From Botryllus schlosseri (taxonomy: Eukaryota), in NCBI GenBank assembly GCA_051294905.1, contig CM119373.1:4652001-4716000 (forward strand): DNA of 64,000 nucleotides, written 5' to 3'. Shown piece by piece: positions 13,067 through 25,700 of this stretch. The notes beneath the pieces were generated by a model. That model saw only the letters and a program-made list of their open reading frames with translations, searched no databases and was not told the origin of the DNA. Within the stretch, counting starts at the first letter, position 1. Every line of letters begins with the position of its first letter. The translations under genes were made by a program, and so were the position numbers.

Positions 13067-13274
13067 GCTATATGTTGAGGGATTATTTACGTGTAAGCAT
13101 TTCTTAATAAAAGATTTAGCTTTGAAAAAATCTCCTGAATACACCACCATTTCTTCATCTATTCAGCATTAGAATTCCAGAATAACAACGCAAAGTTTAA
13201 TGTAGCCTACATACATTGCTCTGTAAGTTTTCAAATAAATCTTGTCTTACCCGGACGTAATGCGGAATCTGAAC

Positions 13275-14835
13275 CAGAGTTGGATCAATTACATTATTTC
13301 AGTTCAATTACAATTACAATTACAATTACTTTCATGCAAGTTTCAATTACATTACAATTACAATTACTCCATGCTAAAAATATCAAATTACAATTACAAT
13401 TACAATTACTCCTTGCATGCTTCAATTACATTACAATTACAATTACAATTGCTGCTGTTGAACATGTAATTGAATAATCATAAATTCAACCGTGCTCCTT
13501 GACAACCGTAGCGTCGTATTTAACAACAATTCAAGTCTACTTCAGATTGTGTAGTAATAAATGCGTTTATGTGCGTACATAGTATGCTATGTAAGATGTC
13601 ATTGTGACGTAATATAATCGTGTTTTGTATGCTCGGTAATTATGGCTCACGTAATTGGAAATGTAAAATGTTATTTACCTAATTTCCTATGGGTTAGGAT
13701 TAAGGATAGGGTGCAGTATGTCGTTGAAAAAGGATTATAATATATGCGCGTGTTGGATTTGCGTATATAGTATATAATTGAAGAAATAATATTATTTTCA
13801 TCGAGGGACGTAGGAATTAGGATGAGGAGTAAAAACAAAATCGTGCTTTGTCAGATAAGACGTTATATAATATCCAGAGGTCTGGTTAGTTAGCCAGACG
13901 AAGTAACGATGCAGCATCGTGATCTGAAATCGTATTGCAGATTGCCAACCCACGGATAGATGCGCAAGTGTGAGTCACGGATGAATGCACCGACAAACGT
14001 ACCGCAGAGCCGGCTAAAAGCAGCAAACTTTGTAGTCCTAGAGCTGGCGATCCATGCGTCCAAATTTGATGCATCTGGTTTTTATCGTAAGCTATTGATG
14101 TACTAATTCCGAAAATACAAAATAAAATCTCGTCAGGGCAATGTAACTGCTCCAAAATAGCCGTTTAAGGCCGACTGTTCTGAAAAGTGAGAGCGCTGCA
14201 GCAGCATGACCACAACAATTACCAATTACGCCCAGCGATTGTTCAGAACAATGCCGATTCCCAGACTTTCACGACTATTTTGGGATGGTACCATTTGCCT
14301 GGAAATATACTTTTATTGCGGAATCAGTGCGACACTACCTCTCGATTAGGACCATACATATAAAATTTCGACGCTTGGATCGCCAGCTATGGGACTATCA
14401 ATTCTGCTGCTTTTAGCCGGCTCAGCAGTCCGCTTCCCGGCGTATTCAATCGTGAGTCACGTGTTGCGAATCCTTCCGTTGGTTAGTAATCTAAAAATTG
14501 TATACAATGGCAGCCGAGGCCAGCATAGCGGTAAAAATAAAAAAAACTTCGCCCGTAAGGGCGCAGTCAAGGGCTTCGGCGAATGGATTCACCAAATTCC
14601 TTGTCGACATTTAAAGAGAATGCATTATAAATCTATTTTATGTTGTGCTTGTCAGGTCTCAATAGCAATTTAATGTAATTGAAATTGTAATTGAGCAAAA
14701 TTTTTGTCAAATTACTATTACAATTACAATTACACAAAATAAAAATGATTCAATTACAATTACATTACAATTACATTGAAAAGTGTAATCAATTACATTG
14801 AATTACATTTACAAATTACAATTGATCCAACTCTG
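13275..14835. mobile_element. hAT-type MITE with (caatta)n subterminal arrays and an internal inverted repeat
   Basis: TIRs cagagttggatcaatt / aattgatccaactctg; perfect TSD atctgaac; internal inverted pair ~13945-14070 vs ~14363-14490. Confidence 0.9.
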
Positions 14836-16464
14836 ATCTGAACTACCGATTCAGGTCTACATTGTTAACGGAAAGGGTCCTAAATTGCTCAATCCGTCAA
14901 CGATTGTGATGGCGATGTATCTCGGTGCATGAATTCAGTGCACGAATTTAAATTTCTATATAATCGCCAATGTCAGGCACACCTCAATAACCCTAATGTC
15001 GAAGGAAAGCTTTTTTTATCGGCCTGAAGATCTTTATACTAATTTGCACGAGATATGGGAAACTTTTGCGGATGAAACAAAAGTCTAATGTGTCAATAAA
15101 TTGGTCGTCTTTCTTTTCCCGATTCACTACCGGAAAAAATGAACCTCTTAGACGAGGTTATTTTAATACTTGTCATATGTATATTAAAATATCATTTAGG
15201 ATTATGCCTTCCATTAGAAATCATGGCATAATTCATCGTCTCTTTTCCCGTGGTTCCTATCTTTTTCGTCTCGTGGACCACTTTGACAGATATATGCGTC
15301 GAAATTCCCCCCTAAGTGAAGGGAGGCCTCTGAGTAAAAAGGGTCATTTTCCCCGTACAACCATCTTTTAACGGACTGCGCCGCGGCTTTAAAGCTCCAC
15401 GACAAATATGTCCCAACTATTCCGAAAGTGGACACTTTGGTAATACATCACTGCCCACTTCCGACTCGATTACTTACACATTACACAAAGTGTAATGATG
15501 CCCCAAGGTATAGCCACGAAATAATTGGAATAGTGGTAAATATCTTATGAGTTTAAGTTTATTATAGAGTGTGCAACAAGACGTTCCTTCTCCATTTTTG
15601 GCAAGCTACTTAGTAAGGGCACACAATTTTCACCCGATAATGTAGGAAAGTATTTTTCGTTGTACTACAACAGATTTTGATTATTTTTACCATAATACGT
15701 GATATAACTGCTGGAATTCTTCATTTAAGGCCGGATTTCGTTAAAATCAAGTTTTTTTCATGAAAATACTTGTCAGTTTTTTAGTCGAAAATATTTTCAG
15801 ACCGAACTTCTTCGTAAGAACACCCTAAAGATCAGATTTACAGAAAGAGCTGATGGAAATGGCATCTTCTAAATTCTTATTCACCCATGCCGAAAAGTGA
15901 AGTTCTCGAGAGGTTCTCGCAAGGTAGCTAATTGTGGATCTATTGGTAATAATTACTTTGTTGAAGAATATAGAAGCAATTTAGTCGAGTGTCTGTCGCG
16001 AACTCAACAATATCGTCTCTCGAGCCGCAATATTGCTACACCGGAACCACCAGATGAAAATTAACCAAGAGGAATTTCTACGAAAGAAAATATTTCAAAT
16101 TGCGTTTAAACACACTTCTAGCTGAAGATCGGTGACACAATTGGGATGAACTCGTATACGTTACAGTTCGGCATTAAAAATGAAAAATATTGTGAATGGC
16201 ATAGGGAACCTTTACTTGCTATCCTGCAGCCAGATCCCCCCTAAAAGTTACAAAATTCCATCTAAGTGAGGAATTCCCCCCCGGTCGGGAGCAAATATTT
16301 GATACGATCACATTCATGATCTATTATACTGTACTTGGTAATTTTCTAATAAGTATTGCATGCCAAGTCAATATAAACTGTAAAAACTCGAATGATCAAT
16401 ACTATTATTCGTACAGGTTATGAGGCACGTTGGTCGATTCTAATGACTTAGCAGTGGTGCCAGC

Positions 16465-16488
16465 CGATAAGGAAATTACATGAGCGTG
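16465..16488 (+). promoter_or_regulatory. Conserved upstream element with GATA and GGAAA motifs
   Basis: cgataaggaaattacatgagcgtg is identical at 61239-61262, about 200 nt before each ATG. Confidence 0.5.
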
Positions 16489-16681
16489 ATAACAAGAACA
16501 ATGGACTGCTGTAATGATTCAAGCCACGTGATTTCAAATTTTGATCATGACTTATGTTACTTATATACCTATACGTTACCTGCTGATAGGCGACACAAAT
16601 CCTATTAGCACGTGTCATAGTTATCGGACGTTTGTTCGCTACGGGTGATAAATTTTATATCAATATCTTCAACGACTTGGG

Positions 16682-16730
16682 ATGAAAGTGGAAAAGTATC
16701 AGTTGCTAGCTCTGATGCTATATATTACAG
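16682..16730 (+). CDS. Gene B exon 1, signal peptide MKVEKYQLLALMLYIT
   Basis: ATG, hydrophobic core, cag|gtttga donor in phase 1; paralog at 61449. Confidence 0.75.
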
Positions 16731-19700
16731 GTTTGACGGCTGCATATGTTATTGAATGTCGAGCCAGACGGAAAACAGCTAGGGTGTAGCGTACCAGCTG
16801 ATTGCTAGCAGCACGGATCGTGTTCAGCTATTATTGTTTGCGAGCCAACATGGACCACTTTTGTATTTTGTCTTGATTTATACTAGTCGAAGATGTGGAT
16901 TATTGATGTTTTATACGCAATTTACACCTATAGTTATACTGATCATACATTGATAATACGACTAGTGCATCGATGTGAAAACAACCTGAAGTTTGAATTT
17001 GCATAGAGTCCGTGGGCTTTTATATTTGTGAATGAAGATCAAATGACATGAATATTTGCGGTAACATATCATTGCATGAGATGCGCCAGTAATATGAGTG
17101 CGTCAATCGGTGAAATAGTGGACGTGTCTACAAGCTGAGTGGTGTTGTTGAGAACGGGGGCAGTTATTCCGCGTATACTGCTTTATTCATGCAACAGCTC
17201 TGGTATTGTGGTGTTAGTAACCATTGTTTAGGTACATATTACGCTCCTTTGTATTGCACCCGATGTCGTAGACATGGTCATTCGTTATTTGCCGAGATGG
17301 TATTAAAGTGGTATTGGACTCAGCGGCATGCGTTCCTGATCATAGGATATAGGATCTAAGTTACGGTTACAATATTCGGGAATTTAGGAAATCTGAAGAG
17401 CACATTTTTTTCAAAATTTTCAGACTCAGAATACTGGCGTGAAATTCGGAAAAAATAGTGAATTTTACCCTGCTTTGTGGTTGGTTGAATAAAATAAGGT
17501 TCTTTTTTCGGCTCGGCTCCATAAATCCGCACTTTTGTTGAATTCTCCGCTGGTTAACTAAAAAAAATAAAAATAAAAAAGGCCAGCTTTCCGTCGTCGC
17601 TCCCGAAATAGCTGCCTGGACGTCACTTCAGTGCTGATTTACTGTATTTCATTCGATATTTACCCTATATTTAATCAAAATTCTCAAAAAGAGGACATTT
17701 GGGAGTCATCCGAGGAGAAATCCTCTTGAAAGAAGACAAATCCTATGGTGACCCTAGTCTAAGTCAGAACAGTTATAATATTTGCACACATTGTATTTTG
17801 TGATATGGTGGTATGACGACGTCTATAGTTTCATTAAATCTGTGGGTTGCGCTACTTTTCGATTCATACAGCACTGGATATGACGTCTGATAGAATCCAG
17901 ATTAAGTAATTGAGGAGCATACCATATTAAATACAATATTTTGAAAAAATTGAAGTATCATAAGAAAGTTACTGCAACAGCCAAGTTTAGAGCGGAACAA
18001 AAAGACGAATCGAATTATCCTAGCTTAAGTACATAGTACTGCCGTTATGGCTCTGCTGGGGCGATTCGTGCGGTGTTATTTCTCGCAATATCGTTATTGT
18101 GCGACATCGTTGAATGCGAAGCATTCCTTTTTAATTCGATCATCGACCGTGGTGCAGAAGAGCACAGGCGATGAGAAACAAATTATCTGTTTAATGAACA
18201 ACAACAACGCAACATCAACAACTGGAGTATTGGGAAATGATGAACAAGGTCGCCGACTATAGACCACGCTGTAAACCTTGAAACATGAATGACTATATTG
18301 GGAGGGAATCATCATAATTTCCAATCCTACTATAAAGTCAGTAACAGCTCTCCATAAATGATAGCATTATGTTCGAATTTCTCGATATTCCTCATCGATT
18401 ACATTGACTTCGAATAATAACAACCTGCACATATTTCATTCAGGTCATCGTTCATCAAGTGGATGCGAATATCACAAAAAGCTTCACTTGGTAAGCAGGT
18501 TAATAACAAATATTGAATATAATGCCAGATACAATATCATATCGCCCGAGCGCAAAATTTGCAGTGTAGTCTCGTAATTTCCATGGCCCGCTCTTCAATT
18601 ACAATATTCATCGGCACATTTTACAAGTAGGATTGCAGGATCTTTCGGGTGAGAATACACTTGCTTGCGTGAATCCACTTTAGGGGAATCCAATATCCGA
18701 GTGGATGAGTGACGATATCGAGTTGCTGGTATATCAGTCTTCGTCACATTATCCGCCAATAGAAAAGAAATTACGGTGATGTTAAGTAGACAGGACCTTT
18801 AAGGTATGCGAATTCAATTCAAGCATTTGTATAATATATGATGCGCGTTGCGGCTGATCTGTGACGACTTTTGTTATTGCAAATTCCGTTAGACTTTCGT
18901 TTCTGAGTATCAATAGTTAGATCAGCTTTCTCATCTATTTAGATGATCTAATCATTGGTTCTGATAATATCCATATATCAGTACATTGAAGTCTAAGTCT
19001 CAACTGGAATATGTTTTATATGAAACAGACTTCCGCCTCAAGAAAATGTGGCATTATCGCAATGCTAAGGATTAATCCTATTGATTTGGATATTTATTTT
19101 GCCCCTGCCTTCACTTTTTCCCGCGAGTTTCGGAGGTGCGGTAACCGTTATAGTTTGTGTAGCTGGTTAAACATACACAGTCATGAAAGTTTGAAATCTG
19201 TTAAACCTAGTGTCGGATAGTAGTAGTTGTATGTCCGATTCAACTAGATTGACAATAGCAAGATTGTTGGTGCAGTCTGACAAACATTTGGCTACGTGGG
19301 GGAAGCCGTTCGAAAGCAAATTATTAAATTTATGATAAAAGTAATTTAACTCGATATAGTACATTTGGTTCATATTGAAATAGGACTATATATATTGATA
19401 AAGATAAATTGGTATATTCGAAATCACGCAGTCAGTAGCTTATATAGCAGGGGCGGCCGACATACGGCCGGCGGGCCGGATCCAGCCCGCGAAGGGATTT
19501 TGAGTGGCCGGCAGACAGTTTCCGGTCTTGCATGATAATGCGGACCGCAACCACAGTCTACGGCAGACCGTGGCAAAGTGCAATTCTGTTGCGGCCAGCG
19601 AAAGGTTTCTTGAATTTAAAACATAAAACTTGCTTAATGAATGACTAAAACCACTGGCTGTATCAACTGAACAGAAAATTCGTTAACTTTGAAGCCAGTT

Positions 19701-22700
19701 CACTAATATGTCACGATTCCGCTGCCTACTTACCTCGCATGCGTAATACTCAGATTAAAAATATAGGCAATGTGGCAAAGAACGAGTAGTAATTAAAGTC
19801 ACAAGAAATCACACTCTCCATATAGTTGAGTTCAAATCTTCTTTGATGCAATTGTCACCATACGCATTATACGGTATGCATTTCAAATAGTGACGTGATG
19901 CGTTTCCAAATCCGTTATTAGTAAAACAAGTCAATCAGTGCTCGCAATTACCATATGACTCATCATATTTATTACCCATAAACAGGCCGTGTTATTTTTG
20001 GCATTTCAGGAGCCAGATGCCAAAACTGCCAAAAATAAAAATTTGAAAATGCCAAAATTAAGCAATTTTTGGCATATGCCAAAAATAACACGACCTGCCA
20101 AATAGTGTATTTCGTTCATGGTGTTGTGTTAACAGGACCGCGTTACAAGCGAGAAGAGCGTTTGTGAAAGGCAGGTTTCTTAATCTGGGTCCAGCCCACC
20201 CATTAGGGCTGAAAGCATGGTGTCCTAAATGGTGTGGGCAGAGCGAGATTGAACGGCTGACTGCATGTGGTTTACGTCATACTTTCCATTTGTCCGAAGG
20301 CAATTTTACGACCATTTTGACCGGCTAGTCGAGCGCTAAATTTGATAAAACGGGTATCAATGAGAAGCTGCCGCAGTACTGATTATTAAAATATAAATTA
20401 TATTCTGCTCATGAAACTGGAACCCCCAAAATCAACCACGATTTTTGCATTGTGATCGAGGTGAACATTGTGACGCAAGAAACTGACTGGCTATTTCTGA
20501 GCTGCATCGTCTCGTTTTGCCAGACAGTCTTGTTGCGTCAATGTTCTTAAACAAGCTAACCTTCCCAGGACTCTTCCATGCGAGTTGGTAATATTAAAGC
20601 CACCTGAAGTGAAAAAATATCGGTAGACTGAAGGAGAAATGATAGTCGGGCTACTAAATAGAATGTGTTGAGAGACAACACAGGAAACTCCTGGAAAAGG
20701 ATCAGGAAGAAAATTATTTCCGCGACGAGGTCGATGGCACTGGCGGAGTGATCTCTTTTCATGATGTATGGAAGCCGGTTCGGCCTTCCAAAGATTTTGA
20801 AGCTCTGAAAACCTTTTGTGGATGACTGGCAACATTCTTTCCCTCAGCGGCTACTGTTGAAGCCGATATTTCCAAGATTCGCTGGGCGAGAAATGAATTT
20901 AGGAGAAACTTAGCTGACCTGAGTTTGGAAGCACTGCTACAGTGCAAACGATTAAAGTCTATTCAACAGCTGTGACAATCAGCTGTTGAGCGTGTTTGTT
21001 AGGCTTTTCTTTCATTTTTTTGGCTTTTCTTTCATTTTTTTGCTTATTGGCACCGATTCCGATGGATACTGCACATTTTGAGGTTTCGTTTGATATAATT
21101 AACCAATGAAATCGTTAGGTTTATTCTTCTCTTATTGTTTGTTGGCATTGATTATACGTGGATGCTGCGCATTTTGTGGTGTCTTTTGACAAACTAGCCC
21201 AAATAAAGCGTTTTTGTGACTAATTCGAGGCTGAAACTATCTATTTAGAGGACGATGCCAAAACTGCCAAAAATAAAAATCGAAAAATGCCAAAAATAAG
21301 TTATTTTTGGCAGTTTTGGCATATGCCAAAAATAACACGTCCTGCCCATAAAGGATGACCGGGCACGTCAAAAAAGAAAGCATAAAACTGATACTCAAGG
21401 AAGGTTTAGAATACTAAATATTGGTATATACTGGAGTCAGGAGTAAACCCGCCCTTTTAGTTTTTGCCGAGCATGTCGGAAAGATTAAGGAAATTAATCA
21501 AAGTCGGTCTTTTGACAAAAACACGGAACACTCAGTCAAGAGAAGGTGAATTTCAGAAAAACTGCAAGCTTCGATCAACATTTAGACTACTGCTCGGAAG
21601 GCATCGACCAAAACAATAAGCTTTGTACCAACATTGGGATCTAGTCACTACCTTCGAGTCACGAGTCATTTCGAGTCATTGCACATTTTGACTCGAGTCA
21701 AGTCATGTCAATCGGTTTTCGAAGGTGACTCGAGTCAAGTCAAGTCACTCGATTTTTGGAGGGGACTCGAGTCAAGTGCAGTCAAGTCAATTCAAGTCAA
21801 GTCACGAGTCAAGTCAAAATTCAAGTCAAGTTGCCTATTCGTATTATAAGGCATGATTACGTCATTACATTTTGCTAGCTGTCTGAAATACATATTGAGT
21901 GGTCATTGATTTTAAACCGATGAACGAATATAGAGTTGAATAGGGTTGTTCACTAGGGTTGTTCAAAAAAAACTTTTTTTTCCAAATCTCACTCGCCTAC
22001 TGACTAAATCGTCAGGTTGTCCAAGAAAACGATGCACACCAAATTTGACTCAATTCCAACCAGTCAAGGCCGTGCAATCTTGAATTGAAATTTTTAATTT
22101 ATTAAAATAAATTAAAAAAAAAATTTCTCAAATTTTTCTGTCAACCCCATGAAATTGTTGAGCTGTCTTCAAAGACGATGCAAAACAAATTTGAGTCAAT
22201 TCCGACTTGTAGAAGCGGAGCTATTTGAGTTTTTCGTTGATAATCCCCGGATCAAGGATAATCCGGCAAATATCAACGAAAAACGCGAATAACTCCGCTT
22301 CTACTGGTCGGAATTGACTCAAATTTGTTTTGCATTGTCTTTGAAGACAGCTCAACAATTTCATGGGGTTGACAGAAAAATTTGAGAAATTTTTATTTTT
22401 ATTTTTTTTAATAAATTAAAAATTTCAATTCAAGATTGCACGGCCTTGACTGGTTGGAATTGCGTCAAATTTGGTGTGCATCGTTTTCTTGGACAACCTG
22501 ACGATTTAGTCAGTAGGCGAGTGAGATTTGGAAAAAAAAGTTTTTTTTGTACAACCCTAATATACACCTAAGAAGGCGCTGTATCGCTCACATATACGTA
22601 GCCTCAGTTTATAGTTACCAACCAAAATAGGGAATAGAGAAACTAATTGATAAGACGCAATACTCTACCCTTTACTCATTTACATATTGATATGATACAA

Positions 22701-25700
22701 TTCGAGCCTGCACCAAAGGTTGAGGAGTATATAAACTATATTCGAAATCAAAATCAATAAAACAAAAGGCTTGGTTAAGGTAAAAACAGAGAACAGAAAT
22801 AGATAATTTTCTATTATATTACTTTACTGCTCGTTTACAACAACGTAAGCTGTAAGGTTCGATCACTTCGTTTGTGGTCAATTTATTTGTGTAGCCTCAG
22901 CAAAACGCACCATCTCTCCCGAGTTACACCAGCCTTCCGCGAAAAATCCTAACATATGCAAGATACAGTGATTTTCATCGATACTGTTTAATTTATGACT
23001 TGGAAATTAACTCGGGAATTTTCCTTCGAGTCACGAGTCAATCCACATTTCTGATACGCCGAGTCAAGACATGTCAAGTTATGTTAGCAAAGTGACTCGA
23101 GTAAAAGTCAAGTCATGCAAAAAATGTGATTCGAGTCATCCCAACATTGCTTTGTACATCGCATATATACTTTTCAGAGCAGGGGTTCTCGAACTTGGGG
23201 CGTGAAAGCATCTGTAGGAGGCGCGAAGCCGAAGTTTGATGAATTTTTTTTTTCGCGCTCGGCATGATCTATCCCAAGCTTATACTTGTTGCACTGGTTG
23301 CACTGTGTATTGTCTGACTTTTATAATTCAGAATTCTCTCATCAACAGCCATAACCTTTCATGCCACCAGACCATCTATTGGGATTGCTAGCATAGCGGT
23401 TGAACCGATAATATTTTGTGATATCAAGTTAAGGGGGCACGAAATTTGTCACTATAATAAAGGGAGGCGTACCTAAGAAATTTGAGAATCACTGTTTGAG
23501 AGTCTTAATGAAAGAACGTAGATGGGGATTTAAAGAAAGTTAAAATGTATCATGTTTAACATTTTCTCGAATCACGAGGGCAAATGTATATTTTGTTAAT
23601 TAACCGTCACTTTCTCATTACTTTAAATCAACACATTCACTGAGCAACATTTATTAAAAATGTAGTGAAGAAATATAATTAAAACACGCTGGAGAATACA
23701 CGCTGGGGGCGTGTCTAGAAAAGTTTGAAACCGCGGCTATAGGTTTTTGTCACTTTTTTCCGTGATAAGCTTTACATCCTAAAAGGCCTTTCCATTTTCC
23801 CTTCAGTATCATGCCTTGCCTTAAGCCGGAATATATCGAATAAAGATTTAAAGTGAATTATGGGCTTATTGTAATAATTAACGGCAGAATGGACACAAAT
23901 AATAGCGATTGTTCGTTACTCTTTAGTTCTACGTTTTCTTTCTTTCCGACATGCAACCAGAGTTCAAAGAACTTTTTCACCACTTTGATCGACCACGGAT
24001 GTCTCACATTCACTTCAAGAGTTATTGAAGTAGCCTACAGAACGTCAATATATTCATTGAATACTGTTTTGGTCTGTATGCTTTAATCTTGAAGTTTACT
24101 TTAAATACGATTAATCCTTGTATAAGTGGATAAATGCTCGATGTATATATAGATTCAGGATTCAGACCCGCCAATTATTTCATTTTCCGATATCCGGCCC
24201 GCCGGCTGGAGTAGTTTCCCTCCCCTGTCATATGGTATTTTATTTAAAGAGCTTTTTGAAGGTACAGAACTTCAATATACAATTGAATAGTATATTCCCA
24301 TTGCAATGAACCCGAATATTTTCGACTGACACTCGTCAGGGGTAATCGTCACCAAAGCAACTACTAGTAGAGAATGGGAACGAACATTGTAATACAGACT
24401 TGGACAACTAGAAAATTGTCAGCTTTTCCAAGTTAGATTAGAATTAGAATTAGAGCTACAGAAGCTGTTCCAAATTAGATTAGAATTAGAATAAGAGTTA
24501 CATAATTTTTCCGAATTAGATTAGAATTAGAATTAGGGCTACAGAGATTTTTCCAAATAAGATTAGAATTAGAATTGTAGCTACGCATTTTTTTCCAAAT
24601 TTGATTAAAATTAGAATTAGAATTAATTCGCTAAAATTTTGAATTTGACTGAAATTGTGAATGAGAAATACATACAGCAAAAATCGAGTTCGGTTCTCAT
24701 CCAATTACAATGCATTCTCATACGCATGAGAACGGTTAACGTATGTAAGTGTCGTGATGACTCGAGTCATGACTGGACTCGAGTCACTTTTCCGAATGAC
24801 TTGACATGACTCGAGTCACTTGGCCAAAATGACTGGACTTGACTCGGCGTTTCAAAAATGCATATTCACTCGTGACTCGGAGCAAAATTTACGAGTAAAT
24901 TTTAAATCATCAAATAATTTGTGTCGATCAAAATCGCGGTATCTTTCATATATTCGAATTGTTCTCGATACGCTGGTGTGACCTGTGAGAGTGACCAATT
25001 TCATTCGTTCAATGATTTCCCGTTTTACTGAGCCTCCATTGTCCTATCACAAATATATTAACCCCAAACGACGTGATTGGAGCTTACAGCATACATTTTC
25101 GGTAAAGTAAGAAAGCAATAAAATAGCAAACTATCCATCTCTGTTCTGAGGACTATGGTCATTGGTGCCCGGTGCTCAACTTAACGCCTAATCAAACCTC
25201 TTGTATGATTTAAATTGAATCTGAAACAATCATCATCTTTTCGCTTGATGTAGTTGAGGGCATGGAATTGAACAATCTGTTAACTATCTCTCTTTCTTCG
25301 CTGCTGTGCTGTTTGTGATCGAAACTAGAATGTTGTTCGCAGACTACCTGCTACTATGCGAGCATGGCTATTATTCGTCACAATAACTACTATGATTGTA
25401 CTTGTGCAGTGTAAGTAATGCGATGGAGGCTTGGCACTGGATTTTCCGGCGCGAGAAGGATATTATCGTTAACTCGCTGCAAAATGCCGCGAACAAAGAG
25501 GCATTTTCAGGAAAAGAAAAAATAGATTAGAACTAAAATTATAGTATAGAAACATTTCACAAATCAGATTAGAATTGGAATTGGAGCATATGAATAATTC
25601 ACAAGTTAGATTAGAATTAGATTACTGGCATTTTGTTCTGATTCAGAGAAATTAGATAATATAAATATCTAGTTGTCCAAGTCTGCATTGTATATCAACA

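Larger units (their letters stand above)
15110..18990 (+). repeat. Segmental duplication unit (upstream region and exons 1-3 of gene B), paralogous to ~59380-62820
   Basis: Collinear similarity including the upstream MITE, promoter, three exons and intron stretches such as gaaatagtggacgtgtctacaagctgag. Confidence 0.85.
19564..23750. mobile_element. hAT-type MITE (copy of 46683-48012) interrupted by younger elements; right end lost
   Basis: Collinear with 46683-47950, which shows the empty sites cccataaa (47102) and ctttgtac (47395). Confidence 0.8.
19448..24227. mobile_element. hAT-type MITE split by nested insertions
   Basis: 19448-19560 and ~23780-24227 match the two ends of the intact 41603-42258 element in reverse; TSD ttatatag/tcatatgg. 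Confidence 0.75.

Noticed and set aside
13242..13477. ORFs with QLQLQL / ITITIT repeats (also 24516-24704, 21634-21849, 55867-56218)
   Set aside because: Translations of MITE subterminal repeat arrays.
20491..20947. Minus-strand ORFs duplicated at 28059-28382
   Set aside because: Antisense shadows of the decayed transposase; the duplication reflects two copies of the element.
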